DNA of 62,775 nucleotides, counting the filler. It is 6 parts of 6 records of this genome, joined end to end, with 100 filler letters (N's around TTAATTAATTAA, not from the genome) between each part and the next. Parts side by side here need not be neighbours in the genome. Positions count along the whole stretch, not along the records: positions 57,188 to 62,775 come from SRR31156797_14913; 5 more parts are not named here. The stretch is one strand, 5' to 3'. Positions within the stretch are counted from its first letter, which is position 1. Each line of letters starts with the position of its first letter. Shown here piece after piece: positions 59,812 to 62,775 of the stretch. A program made the translations under genes and the position numbers. The notes below the pieces were generated by a model, which did not search any database, was not told the origin of the DNA, and worked only from the letters and a program-made list of their open reading frames with translations.

Positions 59812-62775
59812 GTGATTCTAAAGCGACTAGAGCTATATGGTTTTAAGTCCTTCGCTGATAAAGTGGAGATAGAATTTGATAATGGTATCACTGGTGTTGT
59901 TGGTCCAAACGGATCAGGTAAATCAAACATCGGGGATGCTGTGCGCTGGGTTCTGGGTGAACAGAGCGCAAAGAGCTTACGTGGCTCCAAAATGGAGGAC
60001 GTAGTATTTAATGGTGCCCAAAAAAGAGACCCAATGTCTATATGCGAAGTGACATTGATATTTGATAACTCTGACAAAACTGTATCATCCGAATATAGTG
60101 AACTATCCGTAGCCAGAAAATTCTACAGAACTGGTGAAAGCGAATACTTTATCAATAAGCAGCGCTGCAAGCGTAAAGAAATCATTGATATGTTCAGAGA
60201 TACTGGCGTAGGTAAAGAGGGTTACTCTATTATCGGTCAGGGACGGATTGAAAATATTATATCTGCAAAACCAGAAGGGCGACGTGACATATTCCATGAA
60301 GCAGTCGGAATTATGAAGCACCGTTCAAAACGTGATGAATCCAACCGCTCCCTTGGACATACCAGAGATAATATTCAGAGATTAGTTGACAAAATGGAAG
60401 AGATGGAGCGTCAGCTAAAGCCTCTTAAAAGGCAGTGTGACAACGCTAGACGCTATTTGACTATCAGTGAAACGCTGAAAAATCTGGAAGTAAATAGATT
60501 CCTAGTGAATTACAAAAAACTAAATGAAGCAAACACCCAATTTAGCGAACAGCAAAAGAAGCTCATAAGCATGGAAGAACAGGGAATGAGCTATGTTGAG
60601 CAATCAAAATCTGATATTACTAAAATACAGCAACAATTAGCTGAAAGCCGCCAAAAGATAGAAACATTTACAGTGGAAATCGCAGACCTTACACGCCAAA
60701 TCGACTTCGAAGAAAATGAAATCAAGCTAATAAACGAAAGAATTAGCTTTGGTGTACAGACAAAAATGCGATTAGGCGATGAAATCAGCTTCGCTGATAC
60801 AGAAAGCAAACAACTGACCGAAGAAGCAGAAAAACTAGAAGAATCTCTAAGCAGCAAAAAACAAGGTCATGATTTCAGAACTGAGGAAATAAACACTAGA
60901 AAAGCACAGTTGGAAGAAGCATTAACTGATTACAATGAAAAGCAGCGTATATTAGATGAAAAGAAGCTGCAGTTAATTGAAAATGTAACTAATCTATCAG
61001 ATATAAAGACAGCAATCAGCAGATATGAAGCAATGATTGAGAGTCTAAATAATCGTAAACAAGCAATACTCTTGAATATTGATACAATTGATGAAGACGA
61101 AAGTATATATGTAAAATCCCAACAGGAGATTCAGGAAAATATCGATACTCTCGACAAACAGGTAAAGGACATGCAGGAGGAAAATAATAAGAAGACTCTC
61201 CAGTTGTCCAAATTAAAAGCCGATTATAACAGCGCCCAGACAGAAGCAAGAGAAAAGGGTGTTGCATATAAAACTGCTGAAAACAGAATAACAATACTCC
61301 AAAATATGCAAAAAGACCTAGAGGGGTATGACCGAGCTGTAAAATACCTAATGAATAATGCTCACTGCCAAAATTATATGCTGGGGATAGTAGGTGATTT
61401 AGTAGATGTACCTATTGACTATACAAAAGCCATAGATACAGCTCTAGGGCGTGCAACTCAGAATGTAGTAACAAATACAGATTATGATGCCAAAGAACTT
61501 ATCCGCCAGCTTAGAAATAATCAGGCAGGCAGGGCAACATTCTTGCCTTTATCATCCATAAAGGGCAGATATGTAAACAATCGTGAAGAACATATATTGA
61601 ATTCTAATGGCTGTCACGGTGTTGCAGCTGAGTTAGTGGATTATGATGATAAATATAGCGAAATAGTATATTCTTTACTGGGAAGAACAATAATATGTGA
61701 GGATATGGATACAGCTGTTGAGCTATCCAGAAAGTGCAGTCACTCCCTTAGATTCGTTACCTTAAAAGGTGATGTGATAAACGCAGGCGGCAGTATGACA
61801 GGCGGCAGTACTCATTCTAGGTCCAGTTCCATACTAACCCGAAGAAGTGAAATTGCTGAGCTTGAAAAACAATTGGTCTATATGAAATCCAGCTACAAAA
61901 CTGCTGCGAATTCAATGGAAAAGCTATCCAAGGAAATTGAGACTATGGAAACTGATGTTAACAGTCAGTCCTCAGAACTTAATGAAACAAATATTGCATT
62001 AATCAGAGAATTAGAGCGCATGGAGAGGCTTAACGAACTTTGGGGCAAGAATAATACCAACAAAACAAACCATCAAAATGAGCTTAATGGTATTGAAAAC
62101 AGCTTAGCTGAATTGAATAAATCAATTGAAGAAGCTCAAAATGCTAGTCAAGTAGAAGTAAAGGAAGATAAAGTAAAGGAAGAAATCTCTCATGAACAGT
62201 CTAAGCTAAACGAAATGGGCGAAGAAATTGATGAGATGCAGCATCAGCTAAACACTTTATTAATCCGTGAAGCAGCGGATGAAAAAGAATTGGCAAATGT
62301 TGAAAAGGAGATTAATCGTCTGAGACGTTCCAGCCAGAAAGTTCTGGAAGACGCTACCAAAAAGCAGGATCAGACCTCAAACAGCGATGAACTGATTCAA
62401 AAACAAAAAGATGAAATCAAATATCATGAGAATAAGATTACAGAGATTAAAGAAGCTCACACTTCAAAAGAAAATGAACTAAAAGAGCTTAACGATTTCA
62501 AGAAAGAATTGTCTATGAAGCTGGATAATGCCAACGATTCATACGAAAAGACAAGAGAAAAACTGCTTGCAGTTACCGAGGGCAAATACAAACTGGAAGC
62601 AAAGATCGATAACAACAATAATGAGATACTATCAATCCAGAACAGAATGTGGGATATGTACGAATTAACATATGCCAATGCTCTTCCTCTGAAGGATGAA
62701 AGCTTTGATGCAGCTGCAGCTAATGATGAAATAGATTCCTGCCGCAGAAAAATCAAAAATATGGGCACAGTAAAT
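59812..62775 (+). CDS. smc: Chromosome partition protein SMC (3' truncated; absent from ORF track)
   Basis: GTG 59812 with GAGG SD: MILKRLELYGFKSF...GPNGSGKSNI...LGEQSAKSLRG...IIGQG; coiled coil; hinge GRATFLPL...LLGRT...GGSMTGG; ends at MGTVN. Confidence 0.97.
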   Translation, partial: MILKRLELYGFKSFADKVEIEFDNGITGVVGPNGSGKSNIGDAVRWVLGEQSAKSLRGSKMEDVVFNGAQKRDPMSICEVTLIFDNSDKTVSSEYSELSVARKFYRTGESEYFINKQRCKRKEIIDMFRDTGVGKEGYSIIGQGRIENIISAKPEGRRDIFHEAVGIMKHRSKRDESNRSLGHTRDNIQRLVDKMEEMERQLKPLKRQCDNARRYLTISETLKNLEVNRFLVNYKKLNEANTQFSEQQKKLISMEEQGMSYVEQSKSDITKIQQQLAESRQKIETFTVEIADLTRQIDFEENEIKLINERISFGVQTKMRLGDEISFADTESKQLTEEAEKLEESLSSKKQGHDFRTEEINTRKAQLEEALTDYNEKQRILDEKKLQLIENVTNLSDIKTAISRYEAMIESLNNRKQAILLNIDTIDEDESIYVKSQQEIQENIDTLDKQVKDMQEENNKKTLQLSKLKADYNSAQTEAREKGVAYKTAENRITILQNMQKDLEGYDRAVKYLMNNAHCQNYMLGIVGDLVDVPIDYTKAIDTALGRATQNVVTNTDYDAKELIRQLRNNQAGRATFLPLSSIKGRYVNNREEHILNSNGCHGVAAELVDYDDKYSEIVYSLLGRTIICEDMDTAVELSRKCSHSLRFVTLKGDVINAGGSMTGGSTHSRSSSILTRRSEIAELEKQLVYMKSSYKTAANSMEKLSKEIETMETDVNSQSSELNETNIALIRELERMERLNELWGKNNTNKTNHQNELNGIENSLAELNKSIEEAQNASQVEVKEDKVKEEISHEQSKLNEMGEEIDEMQHQLNTLLIREAADEKELANVEKEINRLRRSSQKVLEDATKKQDQTSNSDELIQKQKDEIKYHENKITEIKEAHTSKENELKELNDFKKELSMKLDNANDSYEKTREKLLAVTEGKYKLEAKIDNNNNEILSIQNRMWDMYELTYANALPLKDESFDAAAANDEIDSCRRKIKNMGTVN

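Noticed and set aside
59812..62775. SMC-like ATPase as a Wadjet/Lamassu defence component
   Set aside because: Canonical SMC head, hinge near aa 500 and LGxVN-like motif near aa 985; no jet/lmu partner genes upstream.
1..62775. CRISPR arrays, rRNA genes, intact transposases
   Set aside because: No regularly spaced repeats, rRNA-like sequence or transposase ORFs were seen.

Overview
The window is not one chromosome segment. It is six contigs joined by identical 100-bp artificial linkers (N44-TTAATTAATTAA-N44), so gene adjacency across a linker means nothing. (1) 1-16643: a high-GC alphaproteobacterial (Rhodospirillales-like) origin region: rho-hemH-hemE / oriC / ppsR-maf-aroE-coaE-dnaQ / secB-fxsA / tim44-mltA-[lutABC]-smr-XRE / methyltransferase-hslU. 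(2) 16744-23808: Desulfobacterales-like: DASS/SLC13 transporter, LysR, a DUF47-PiT-CYTH-like operon and a partial chemoreceptor. (3) 23909-34109: alphaproteobacterial sucB-[CGTC palindromic repeat]-lpdA-MDR-MFS-MFS / xerC-DUF484-fsa / priA. (4) 34210-41636: lower GC, possibly FCB group: Fe-ADH, D-cysteine desulfhydrase family, an S9 lipoprotein peptidase with a tandem D-S/T-x linker, a PyrD-PyrK fusion, yccF and GTAG-type REPs. (5) 41737-57087: Desulfobacterota-like: a tRNA 3' end with an integrase remnant, IclR, acyl-CoA dehydrogenase, an unusual sucCD-like/menA/CPBP operon, tupABC, a DUF1566 protein, a hybrid kinase and an M16C peptidase. (6) 57188-62775: low GC, Clostridia-like: TetR, GrpB, NUDIX and partial smc. 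The best candidates for undescribed biology are the DUF47-PiT-CYTH (+LysR/DASS) module, the sucCD-paralog/menA/CPBP operon and the tandem O-glycosylation-sequon-like linker. Taxonomy and protein families are assigned from motifs and synteny recognised by eye; no database searches were run.
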